Origin: Chrysemys picta bellii
Taxonomy: Eukaryota
DNA length: 64,000 bases
NCBI RefSeq assembly: GCF_011386835.1
Contig: NC_088806.1
Location: 2,604,001 to 2,668,000 of the forward strand
Direction of reading: 5' to 3'
Under the pieces are notes generated by a model that was not told the DNA's origin, made no database searches, and saw only the letters and a program-made list of their open reading frames with translations. Numbering within the stretch: the stretch's first letter is position 1; the number at the start of each line of letters is the position of its first letter. Positions 21,724 through 32,440 of the stretch are shown in pieces. The position numbers were made by a program, and so were the translations under genes.

Positions 21724-23128
21724 AATAGTTTTTCCTAATGTCCAGCCTAGACCTCCCCCACTGCAACTTGAGACCATTGCTCCTTGTTCTGTCATCTGCC
21801 ACCACTGAGAACAGCCGAGCTCCATCCTCTTTGGATCCCCCTTCAGGTAGTTGAAGGCTGCTATCAAATCCCCCCTCATTCTTCTCTTCTGCAGACTAAA
21901 TAACCCCAGTTCCCTCAGCCTCTCCTCATAAGTCATGTGCCCCAGCCCCCTAATCATTTTTGTTGCCCTCCGCTGGACTCTCTCCAATTTGTCCACATCC
22001 TTTCTGTGGTGGGGAGCCCAAAACTGGACGCAGTTCTCCAGATGTGGCCTCACCAGTGCCGAATAGAGGGGAATAATCACGTCCCTCGATCTGCTGGCGA
22101 TGCCCCTACTGATGCAAAAGCTATTTAAGGCAGGGGAGTAACATCATCATGGTTCTTCTTCACTGACTCCCAGCCCAAAGGAGATGCTTGGAAACACCCA
22201 AGAAACAAAGATTGAACTGGAGGAGAAGGGGTTGCTCTGTTTGCTATCCCTTAGAATCACTTCACATCACGTCACTCAAACTTGTTTTGGTTTTGTCTAA
22301 AACCAATCTGTGGGAGTCATAACAAGGGGTGGGAAGCTTGTATATTTCCTGTCCACATTGAGCGAGGGGGTGAATTTCATGAGCTTACGCTGTACGCTTC
22401 CCTGTGCAGCAGGAGAGGTACGACTTTGGGCTGACCCTCCAGAGTGGGGGGGTGCACTCGGGTATCTAGGCATTTCCTTAGCTGAAGCTTTCCCATGCAG
22501 GGGCTGGCCAGAAAGCCTGTTTGCATGTTACCACCGCTGGGTGTGTCCCTACCTGGGGAAAGTGAGAGACCGGGAGTGTCTGTAGCTTGTCACAGCAGTA
22601 CAGCATGAAGGGAGCCCCGGTAGCAGGGTCAGGCAGGTACCCAATGCGCCCTCCATGTTAAAGGTCACAGCCCTATACGGACCTTATGTTTTACCTCTTC
22701 ACCATCTCTCTAGGTGAAAAGTCCCAAACATATGTAGGATAACTTCACCTTAGCTCAGCATACAGGGTGTGGCCTGCAGGTCCCTTGTGTTACAGCCAAA
22801 ATATACTCTAATATAAACCTATAATAATCAAACCCATAAGAAACAATATATAGGCAAGCAAGTTGACTAGCCTCGGCTGCATCCCATGTACCTGTTATAT
22901 ACGTCAGTTTGTTGCCAGGACACTTGTGTAGTTGACACATGTACCTGTGGTCAGAACTTCCCCTTAAACCCTATTTCCAGCTCCCCGAATATTGGGGGGG
23001 GGTTTTCCGTTGGGCCATTTCTCAGTGCAAAGTGCCTAACCCCCAAGCCTTGTGCTAACATGCAGAAGCGAATGTCTTCCGGGAGACAGGCCTGGAGGTT
23101 CCTTGCCTTTGTGCTGACTATAATGCAA

Positions 23129-23295
23129 AGCACTGGCTTGCTAAACCCAGGGTTGTGAGTTCAATCCTTAAGGGGCCATTTAGTGATCTGGGGAAAAAAA
23201 ATCTGTCTGGGCATTGGTCCTGCTTTGAGCAGGGGGTTGGACTAGATACCTCCTGAGGTCCCTTCCAACCCTGATCTTCTATGATTTATATGATA
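23129..23295 (+). mobile_element. Tortoise-type tRNA-derived SINE with CR1 tail, 5'-truncated
   Basis: GCTAAACCCAGGGTTGTGAGTTCAATCC (B-box) followed by the CR1 3' tail ...TTCCAACCCTGATCTTCTATGA. Confidence 0.85.
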
Positions 23296-24005
23296 ATATC
23301 ACCTCTGAAGCCTGTTGAAAAAGCTTGGCGTCACATTAGCTCTCTGCCAGCCATCCGGTGCCGAAGCGGATTTCAACGACAGGTTACAGACTGACAGTTC
23401 GTAGTTCTGCAATTTCACATTTGAGTTCTTGCAGACGTTTGGGGTGAATCCCATCTGGTCCTGGTGACTTACTGCTGTTTAATTCATCAATTTGGTCCAA
23501 AAACCTCCTCTAATGACACCTCAATCTGGGACAGTTCCTCAGATCTGTCACCTGAACAGAAGGGCTTGGGAATCTCCCTCCTGTCCTTGGCTGGGAAGAC
23601 CGATGCAAAGAATTCATTTAGTTTCTCCGCAATGGCCATATCGTCCTTGAGCGGTCCATCAGCATCTCCATTGGTCAAGGCCCCACTGGTTGCTTAGCCG
23701 GCTTCCTGCTTCTCATGTACTTAACACACTTTTTTGCTGTTACTTTCTGAGGCTTTGGCTAGCTGCTCTTCAAATTCCTTTTTGGGCTTCCTCATTGTAT
23801 TTTTATCCAGAGTTTATGCTCCTTTCTCTTTTCCTCACTAGGATTTAACATCCACTCTTTAAAGGATGTCCTTTTGCCTCTCACATCTTCTCTTACTTGA
23901 TTGTTTAACCATGATGGCACTTTTTCGGTCCCCCTTGCTGTTTTTTTTTTAATTTGGGGGTATGCATTTAAATGGTGTCTTTAAAAAGTTTCCATGCTGT
24001 TTCCA
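23296..24005 (-). mobile_element. Older CR1 ORF2 fragment
   Basis: AEKLNEFFASVF...EELSQIEVS (ORF 23487..23678), degenerate. Confidence 0.75.
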
Positions 24006-25438
24006 GGTATCCCTGTATAACCAGCCGCCCCATCCCAGAGGTGGCCGCATCTCAGCACTGGTGAGGGGTCCCTGGATAACCAACTGCCCCCAAAGAGCCT
24101 GGAAAAGACTGGATTACAAAGGGTACGTGCAATGTCCCAGACAATGGACAAGGACCAGGATCACAGGAGTCTGGGATGTGGTGGGTTAGAGCAGGGGGTG
24201 GCTGGGACCCAGGACTCCTAGGTTCCATCATCACCAGGTCTGCCCTGTACTTGTATTAATCCCTTTTCTTTCTTCTCCCCCCCCTCCCCCCAACTCTGCA
24301 AACCCACCACATGCTCTTTTGCCCAATCCAGGAGAAACCTCCCTTGTTAATCTTCCATCTCCTCAGGCGACATTAATATTTACTCTCCCTGTTCCCTCCC
24401 GCCCCATCGTGAAGAGACTTGTTCATTTCAATCAGTGGAAAATCAGATGAACTTTCACACCGCTTTGCTTCCACGAGGCACGTTCAACCTTTGGTCCACC
24501 TGCCGGGGAGGGGGCAGGGAGCGCCACTCTGGCCGCTTCCAACCTAGTCATGTCCGCTTGGGCCCCTTTCTCTCCCGCGCTGGTTAGGGGACCATGAACT
24601 CGGACGCCTGCCAGAGGAATTGGCTGGTTTTAATTCCCCCCAAACGCAGCTCTGTTCCAGAAAAGGTGGCACTCAAAACCGCCGCTTTTGTCCCCCCTCG
24701 AAACTGTCATTTCTCTAAACAAACCCCTCCCCCCTTTTAAATCACCAAATCCTACCTTCTGGAGGGTAAACGATGCCCGATGAGAGCCCCCCCCCTTTCC
24801 CCAGCCACACCTGTCTAATTACACATCTAGCAGCACAAAATCCATAAATCCGGGACCGGTAACTGCATTTCTGGGCTCTGGGGCATCACTAATGCCCCGA
24901 CGTGGGGTACAAAACTGGGTGTCTATTTCCTGCCAGCTATTCCTAGCAGCAAGTGGGGAAACTGAGGCAGGGGCCTGCTGCCCAAGAGATTAGGGGAGGG
25001 GGCCTTTTACTTCCTGTTTGCCCTCGATAGGTCAGTGCCGTATTTCCCCAAATGAACGCAGCGGCCCGATCCCCCTCCCCCTTTATAAAATGTTCTTTGC
25101 CTTAGACCCAGACTCTGATCCAATTTCTGCTCCTCGCTGGGGTCTCTCCCCTTCCCCAACGTCCTCCCCGACTTATGGACCTCCAGAACAAGCCCTAGGC
25201 TTCCAGCAGGCTGCTGGGAGGTTGGAGCTGGAGCCCAGAGCCCGTGGGAGGCACCGGAGGAGAATCCAGGAGGGCAAGGGGGGTAGTGAAGTGGCTTATT
25301 TCTGTGAAGGAGCACCCTTTTAGATAGAGACCCCTCACCAGGCTGGAATTTACCACATTAACCCTTCCAGAACCTGGTGATGGTCCCAGCACCCCCTTGC
25401 AGTCACACCGGCTCCCTGAGATCTTGGCTTCTGGCCGG

Positions 25439-25656
25439 CTAGTCTCTGTCCTGGGAGGAATGTTCCCCAGAGGCTGGTGTCAATGGAGCCGGCTCTGCCC
25501 CTGCCTCCACCTGGGTGCCCCGGCAGGCAGGAGAGGAGGTGCCCAGACAGGAGAAGAAGTTGGGCAGAGTGACCAAAACCAGGCTCCCAGCCAAGAGGAA
25601 AGCCCCAGCTGCCAAGAAAGAGGCCATGTAGTCCCCAGTCATGTCCCGCAGCCAAC
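25439..25656 (-). CDS. SLC16A13: SLC16A13-like copy C, coding exon 4 (terminal)
   Basis: CCAG|GT TGG CTG CGG GAC ATG ACT translates to [24 protein letters not shown]...SQDRD*. Confidence 0.92.
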
Positions 25657-26318
25657 CTGGAACAGAGAAAGGACAGAATCATTTAGTGCAACAGCAGGAA
25701 AACCCAGGCTGAGCTAGAACAATAGCCAGAGAACATAGGGCAACCTAGAACACAAAGGCAATCGAGAATGGCACAAGAGCCAAGTGTGATCTAAAACAAC
25801 ATCCAGAGAGCACAGGGCAACTTAGAACATGAAGGTGACCTAGAATGTCATATGAACCCAAGGTGACCTAGAACAATATCCAGAGAATGTAGGGCAAACT
25901 AGAACATGGAGGTGACCTACAACACCATAAGAACCCAGGGTGACTTAGATCAAAACCTAGGGTGACCTAGAACCAGGGTGACCCAGAATGAGGTCACAAG
26001 AACCTTGTGGGGTCTAGCTGGTTGGAGCAGGGGGAACTGGGCGTCAGGACTGCTGGGTTCTATCCCCACCTCTGGGCCTGTCTCTACGGGCTACCAAATG
26101 GGGTTGGAGGGCAGCTAATCCCAAGCAAGATGATGTTCACGTGTCAACCACTGGTCCCAAGACCAGGGTGGGGGCCAGGAGTCTTGGTTCCAAGAAGGAC
26201 CAAGTCTATGACTTAAGGTTACGGGGAAAAAGGCAGGGTTGGGGATTGATTTACTGGGGGGGAGGAGCTCGTTTCCAATTAATTGAACGGGAGGAGAAGG
26301 AAGTCAGCGGCAATCTAC

Positions 26319-27086
26319 CAGAGAACGGCGCTCCCAGAAGCCCGCCGATGCTCTCCATCATCTGCAGCAGCCCCATCGAGCCAAAAATCCGCCCGATGCC
26401 CACAATTTCCGGCAGGATGGAAAAGACCACGGGGGTGAGCGCCCCGGAGAAGAACCCATAACAGACGCCGATGGCCATCAACAACGGGTAGCTGCGCCCC
26501 AGAGGCACCAGCGCCAAGGAGATGCCAGTCAGGGAGGTCCAGGCCACCAAGATGTGGCTGAGGCGGAAAGCCCGGCAGTCGGCCAGCCAACCCGAGAGGA
26601 GGCGGCCACACAGGTCGGCCATGGCTGCCACGGACATGAGGAAGGCAGCCTGGTACTCATCGAAGCCCAGCTCCCGGGCTCGGGCCACCAAGTGGACGTA
26701 GGGAATGAAGTAGCCGGTGTTGATCAAGGTCACAGCTAGCACAAATCTCATGAAGGGCCAGTGGGAGAGCAAAGGCAGGCCAAAGAGGGTGGAAAGCTTC
26801 CCCAGGCAGCTCCCGCCGGGGTCCCCAGGGCTGGCCAGGTCCTCCTTGAGGGTCAGGGGGCGGATGAGGGCTCCGCACACCACCAGGTTGAAGGACATGC
26901 CGGCCACCACCAGGAGGGCCCCCCGCCAGGCGTAGGTGTCCACCAGGAACTGGAAGAGTGGGGAGAAGGCGAAGGAGGACAGGCCCACGCCCGTGAAGGC
27001 CAAGCCTGTGGCGAACGTCCGGCGCTTCTTGAAGTAACGAGCCACCGAGGCCACGGAGGGTGTGAAAACCAAGGCCCACCCGAAGC
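26319..27086 (-). CDS. SLC16A13: SLC16A13-like copy C, coding exon 3 (768 nt)
   Basis: TTTTGCAG|GC TTC GGG TGG ... TCT G|GTAGAT; [19 protein letters not shown] (ORF 26251..27114). Confidence 0.94.
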
Positions 27087-27508
27087 CTGCAAAAAAAGGG
27101 GGCATAAAATACACCCGTCAGGGCCCCCCAACCACATCCAAGTTGTTATGGCAACAGGCCGGGATGTGGCCACAAATGAGACTGTTTTGGGCCCATCCAC
27201 TTTTTCCTCGTTTTTCCAAAACGGCTGCCGTATGGCTGCAGCCATTTTGAATGAGGCCCGGCTCCTTCCTCCCCCAGTCTCAGTGATTATTACCCCCGCA
27301 AACTGCAGGGTTCCCCCCCTATACAGATGGCCATTTTGAATGAGGCATAGCTCCTTACGCCCCTAACCCCCTACAATGCATACAAGGCATAGCTCCTTAC
27401 GCCCCTAACTCCCTCCATTTTAAGTTTTGCCCGGCTCCTTCTCCCTACCCCCACCCATCAACCAGTGGCCATTTTGATGGGCCTCTCTTTCCTTTGATGC
27501 CCTTCACC

Positions 27509-28326
27509 TATGGTTACCATATCTAATAAATAAAAAAGAGGACCCTCCACGGGCCCTGGCCCCGCCCATTTCCCCACCCCCTGGCCCCGCCCCAACTCCG
27601 CCCCTTCCCGCCCTAACTCCGCCCCCTCCTCCCTCCCACTCCCAGCCACTGGGAAAGGGCTGCCCCAGCACTACCGGCTTCAGGGTTTGCCGGGCAGCCC
27701 CCAGACCCTGTGCCCCCGGCTGGCGCTTCCCCTGCGCAGCTGGAGCCCAGGAGGGGAAGCGCCCAGCCGGGGGAGCAGGGTCTGGAGGCTGCCCGGCAAA
27801 CCGTGAAGCCGGTAGCGCTTGGGCTTCAGGCAGTCCCCGTGCCTCCGGACCCTGCGCCCCCAGCCGGGCACTTCCCCTCCCGGACTCCGGCGGCGTAGGG
27901 TCCGGAGGCACGGGGGCTGCCCGAAGCCGGTAGCGCTCGGGCAGCCCGGCTCTTAAACAGAGCCGAAGAGGAGCAGAGCCTCCAGCCGCGGCGGCTCTGC
28001 TCCTCCCCAACTCTTCGGCTCTGTTTAAGAGCCGGGCTGCCCGAGCGCTACCGGCTTCAGGCAGCCCCCATGCCTCCGGACCCTGCGCCGCCGGAGCCCA
28101 GGAGGGGAAGTGCCCGGCTGGGGGCGCAGGGTCCGGAGGCACGGGGGCTGCCCAAAGCCGGTAGCGCTCGGGCAGCCCGGCTCTTAAACAGAGCCGAAGA
28201 GTCGGGGAGGAGCAGAGCCGCCATTTTCCCGGACATGTTCGGCTTTTTGGCAGTTCCCCCCGGACGGGGGTTTGAGTGCCGAAAAGCCGGACATGTCCGG
28301 GAAAAAGAGGACGTATGGTAACCCTA
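27509..28326. mobile_element. hAT (Blackjack-like TIR) non-autonomous element, 818 bp
   Basis: TIRs TATGGTTACCATA / TATGGTAACCCTA; perfect 8-bp TSD CCTTCACC. Confidence 0.88.
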
Positions 28327-28344
28327 CCTTCACCCCCAAACTGT

Positions 28345-28760
28345 CCCCCTCAGTGGCAGCCATTTTGAATAAGGTCTGGCTCCTTCCCTGCAGCCCCACA
28401 GTTCCACCCCCACAGAATGGCAGCCGTTTTTAAAAGGCCCTGCTCCTTTCCCCTCTGGACCCACAGTTCCCCCACATGCCCCCCCCCCAACTGTCCCCCT
28501 CAGTAGCAGCCATTTTGAATAAGGTTTGGCTCCTTCCCTGTGGACCCCCAGTTCTCCCCCATCCCAGGATGGCAGCCATTTTGAAAAGGCCCCGCTCCTT
28601 TCCCCCCTGTGCTCTCCTCACTCCAAACAACTTCCCCACTGATTCCGCAGACCCAGTGGCAGCCATTTTTAATAAGACCTGGCTCCTTCCCCCCTGGGTC
28701 CATGGTTGCCCCCACATGGCAGCCATTTTGAATATGGTCTGGCTCCTTCCCCCTGGGCCT
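28345..28760. repeat. Degenerate tandem repeat (about 60-80 bp) with GGCAGCCATTTT core; continues at 27230-27480 across the MITE
   Basis: Recurrent GCCATTTTGAA...GGCTCCTTCC units. Confidence 0.7.
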
Positions 28761-29193
28761 ATAGTTCTCCTCCTTCCCCCCCCTAGAGACCCTCCCCCAT
28801 GGTTCCTGCACCCCACTGATCCCCCCCACCTCCCCATTTTCTACCCCAGCACAAAGATATAACTGTGTACCAGCTGTCATTTTGGGTCACATTTGGTGTG
28901 ATTAGGTCTATACAGGGTTGGCTCTATTTTTTGGGGGGGGTATGGGAGATGAAGGGGGGGGCTGTTTGAAGATAATGCCCTGCCCCCTCCACCCATGGCC
29001 CCACCCTCTGCTCTCTCCTTTCCACCCCCACCCCGCAGCCCCGGGGCTGTGGCAGGGGGAGATTTTCCCAGCCTCCGCAAGTATCACCTCCCTTAAAAAC
29101 AACTGTGACGATGCGCTCCATAATGTTTGATGGAAATATGCTAATGAGAGTGACGATGATGGAACTGGAAGAAGCTTCAAGCAAAAGATCTCT

Positions 29194-30512
29194 TGTAAGG
29201 GATCGTTACAAACCTTATAATCTACTGAGCGTGTTCGTCCTATTCCTATGCCTGTATCGGTCTTGTATCTGAAACTAGGAACATGAAATATAACTCTGAG
29301 ATCCTATCGTAATTATGCAAAGTGTGGGCCATTAATGGTGGCGTCGAGTCTTGATGGCTCCCATGGTTGTAAATGGTTTATTTAGCTGCAAGCCTTCCTG
29401 TGTAGGTGGGGGCCAACCCAGGAACAATGAAAGCTTGGGGTCTCCTCACAGGACATGTGACCATGTCCCCTGGTACTGGAATCCATCTTTAGGGTTACCA
29501 TACGTCCGGATTTTCCCGGACATGTCCGGCTTTTGGGGGCTCAAATCCCCGTCCGGGGGGAAATCCCCAAAAGCCGGGCATGTCCGGGAAAATCGGGAGG
29601 TCAGCCCCGCCGGGCCCGCGGGGAGCCCGGCCGGCCGGGCCCGCGGGGAGCCCGGCCGGCCGGGCCCGCGGGGAGCCCGGCCGGCCGGGCCCGCGGGGAG
29701 CCCGGCCGGCCGGGGAGCCGGGCCGGCCGGGGAGCCGGGGGGTGCGCCGGGCCGCCGGGGGCCGGCAGTGCTGGGCGGGCCGGGGGTGGTCGGCTGGGGC
29801 CGGCACCCCAGGGCCCGAGCTGACCCAGGCTGGAAACGCCAGGGGGCCAGCCTGGGCCGCGCCTCCTCCCCCCACACCCTCCTTACCTGCTTCAGGCTTC
29901 CCGCGAATCAAATATTCGCGGGAAGCAGGGGAGGGGGCGGAGACTTTGGGGAGGGGGCGGGGTTGGGCGGGGGTGTGGGCGGGGGCCGTGGAGTGTCCTC
30001 CATTTGGAGGCACAAAATATGGTAACCCTATCCATCTTAAACCTGGTACTTTTCCATTTAGAAGGAGGGGTGGGGACCCAGAGAGACAAAAGCTTCCCAC
30101 CTTGTGCTAAAGCTATAAAAGCGGGTGGAGCAGGACAAAGGGGGTCCCAGTCATGAGAAAGTTCCTGCTTTTCACCTAAGATGCCTGCAGGAACTAACAA
30201 AGACTGTACCAGACTAGGAAGGAATCCAGTCTGTGAAAGAAGCTTAGTGGAACATCTCTGAGGGTGAGATTTACCTGTATTCAGTTTCTTAATGTGTTAG
30301 GCTCAGACTTGCGTGTTTTGTTTTATTTTGCTTGGTAACTTACTTTGTTCTGTCTGTTATTACTTGGATCCACTTAAATCCTCCTTTTTATACTTAATAA
30401 AATCACTTTTGTTTATTGATAAACCAGAGTAAGTGATTAATACCTGGGGGGGGGGAGGGGGTGTGCAAACAGCTGTGCATATCTCTCTATCAGTGTTATA
30501 GAGGGCAGACCA
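29194..30512 (+). mobile_element. LTR-like element related to the 11334/20076 family, hosting a hAT MITE
   Basis: Begins TGTAAG. Shares the CATGTGA...CCTGGTACTGGAATCCATCTT block. AATAAA near its 3' end. Ends are approximate. Confidence 0.5.
29490..30030. mobile_element. hAT (Blackjack-like TIR) MITE, 541 bp
   Basis: TIRs TAGGGTTACCATA / TATGGTAACCCTA; perfect 8-bp TSD TCCATCTT. Internal 26-bp GC tandem repeat. Confidence 0.92.
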
Positions 30513-30519
30513 TTATGAG

Positions 30520-30968
30520 TCCAGCAGAGGGCAACGAAAATGATCAGGGGGCTGGTGCACATGACTTACGAGGAGCAGCTGAGGGAACTGGGGTTTAGTC
30601 TCCAGAAGAGAAGAATGAAGGGGGATTTGATAGCTGCTTTCAACTACCTGAAGGGGGGTTCCAAAGAGGATGGATCTAGACTGTTCTCAATGGTGGCAGA
30701 TGACAGAACAAGGAGGAATGGTCTCAAGTTGCAGTGGGGGAGGTCTAGGTTGGATATTAGGAAACACTATTTCCCTAGGAGGGTGGTGAAGCACTGGAAT
30801 GGGATCCCTAGGGAAGTGGTGGTGGAATCTCCTTCCTTAGGGGTTTTTAAGGCCTGGCTTGACAAAGCCCTGGCTGGGATGATTTAGTTGGGGTTGGTCC
30901 TGCTTTGAGCAGGGGGTTGGACTAGATACCTCCTGAGGTCCCTTCCAACCCTGATCTTCTATGATTCT
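30520..30968 (+). mobile_element. CR1 3' fragment
   Basis: [18 protein letters not shown]...[12 protein letters not shown] plus the CR1 tail. Confidence 0.92.
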
Positions 30969-31585
30969 AGGATATAGGAGTATTCTTACAGTTGGGCATT
31001 TGTCCTGTCCGAAAAATAACTGATCAAGTGACTGGGCAACTATTTTAAAGCAGTAATTTAGTAGAACAGGAAGAGTTCATGGTCTCCAATAGGTAGGCTT
31101 AGAAGAATTACATTTCCCCCCCCCCCCCATCGGTAAGTGTTGGTTAGTGCCCATTCACCCAAACCGACAAACAGATATTGGCATCGATAGAGATCGAAAT
31201 TTACAGATCGGCAAAGCAACGTAGTGGTCCATACAGATGAAAGGAAATATCCTGAATTCCAGCTTTGTTCCGACACGCTTCTAGTTTTATGGCTACCAAG
31301 CCATAACTTTTTCAACCTCTACATCTGTTGGGCCATAGTTGTTCAACCAGCCCTTGTTTGAACTCAGGAAAAGGCAAAATGCAATGAAATGAAATTCTGA
31401 AAACACCCCACCGACAACATCCTGCCTGGAATACCGGATATCAGCCCCAGAATCCCTTGCTCCTGGACTTGGGTGAGGATGATCCCATGGTGCACTGGAT
31501 TACCCAGAAGCCTTTGCTCTCAGCCTTGAGCAAGGATACTCCCAGAGGGCACTGGGGCAGGGGAGGGGCTCAGGGCGGGACCTAC

Positions 31586-31729
31586 CTGAGAGCAGCCCGA
31601 TGCTCATGTACAGGTGGGTCAGGCTGGTGGCGAAGGAAGCCAGGAGCATGCCCAGCCCCGAGAGGAGGCCCCCGGCCATCACCACGGGGCGGGCGCCGTA
31701 CTGGGTGCTGAGGGCACTGCCCACCGGAC
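31586..31729 (-). CDS. SLC16A13: SLC16A13-like copy C, coding exon 2 (144 nt)
   Basis: [49 protein letters not shown], with canonical splice sites. Confidence 0.94.
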
Positions 31730-31884
31730 CTGCAGGGGGCGGCAGAGAGACACCGGGCGGGCCCTCGTTACCCTGTGATGCAGCAGAGTCTGGGGGAGGA
31801 GTGGGGTTCTCCCTCCTACCCTCCAAAAAAAAAAAAAAAAAAAAAAGAGGGTCAGGATCCCCCACTCACCACCACATAACTCAC

Positions 31885-32086
31885 TAGCAAATTGCTGCAC
31901 CGCGATCCCGATGGAGGTGATCCAGGACACCCGCACGGACAGCTCCCCAAAGTACCCCACAAACTCCATGAAGAAGACGCCAAAGGAGCGGATCACCCCG
32001 AAAACCAGTGCCGACTGGAAGAAGGCGGCCAGCACCACCATCCAGCCCCAGCCCCCGTCAGGGGGTTCAGGGTGCACCACCGGCAT
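31885..32086 (-). CDS. SLC16A13: SLC16A13-like copy C, first coding exon
   Basis: [35 protein letters not shown]...QQFA, preceded by an acceptor (CTCCTGCAG, 32096-32097). Total CDS 1332 nt (443 aa). Best match to recalled human MCT13. Confidence 0.94.
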
Positions 32087-32144
32087 TGGGGCTCACTGCA
32101 GGAGAAAGAGAGGTATTAGAAGAGGCTCTTTTACCCTGGAGTAC

Positions 32145-32440
32145 AGATCCTCCAGTCCTGGCCTCTCCCACCAGGGGGTGCTGTGGAGTGCAGGGCAGGG
32201 GGGTGGCTGCGGGGGGAGCTCCCGGCTCCTCCAGTCCTGGCCTCTCACAGCAGGGGGCGCTGTGGGGTGCGGGGCAGAGGGGTGGCTGCGGGGGGAGCTC
32301 CCGGCTCCTCCAGTCCTGGCCTCTCACAGCAGGGGGCACTGTGGGGTGCGGGGCAGGGCGGTGGCTGCAGGGGGAGCTCCCAGCTCCTCCAGTCCTGGCC
32401 TCTCACAGCAGGGGGCGCTGTGGGGTGCGGGGCAGGGGGG
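32145..32440. repeat. About 79-bp tandem repeat, 4 units
   Basis: CTCCAGTCCTGGCCTCTC(A/C)CA(G/C)CAGGGGG(C/T)GC units. Confidence 0.85.

Larger units (their letters stand above)
20497..22115 (-). mobile_element. CR1 3' fragment (RT C-terminus and UTR), split by two insertions
   Basis: [42 protein letters not shown] (ORF 21466..22080). CR1 tail at 20497-20600. Confidence 0.9.
20076..22620. mobile_element. Second copy of the 11334-type LTR family, interrupted by a CR1
   Basis: Blocks CATCTGAAGTTA(A/G)GAATATTG, AATCTCCCACCGGGGAGCCTTC, GGACTCCATC and CATGGTTCTTC...ACTGACTCCC are shared with 11580-16470. Confidence 0.6.

Noticed and set aside
23129-23170. tRNA-like T-arm/B-box (also at 38673)
   Set aside because: The 5' half is missing and it is fused to a CR1 tail, so it is a SINE, not a tRNA gene.
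24828-24837. TAGCAGCACA, a miR-15/16/195 seed-like start (human BCL6B neighbours miR-497/195)
   Set aside because: The rest of the mature sequence does not match, no hairpin partner is visible, and it is not at the syntenic position. I found no such miRNA upstream of BCL6B.
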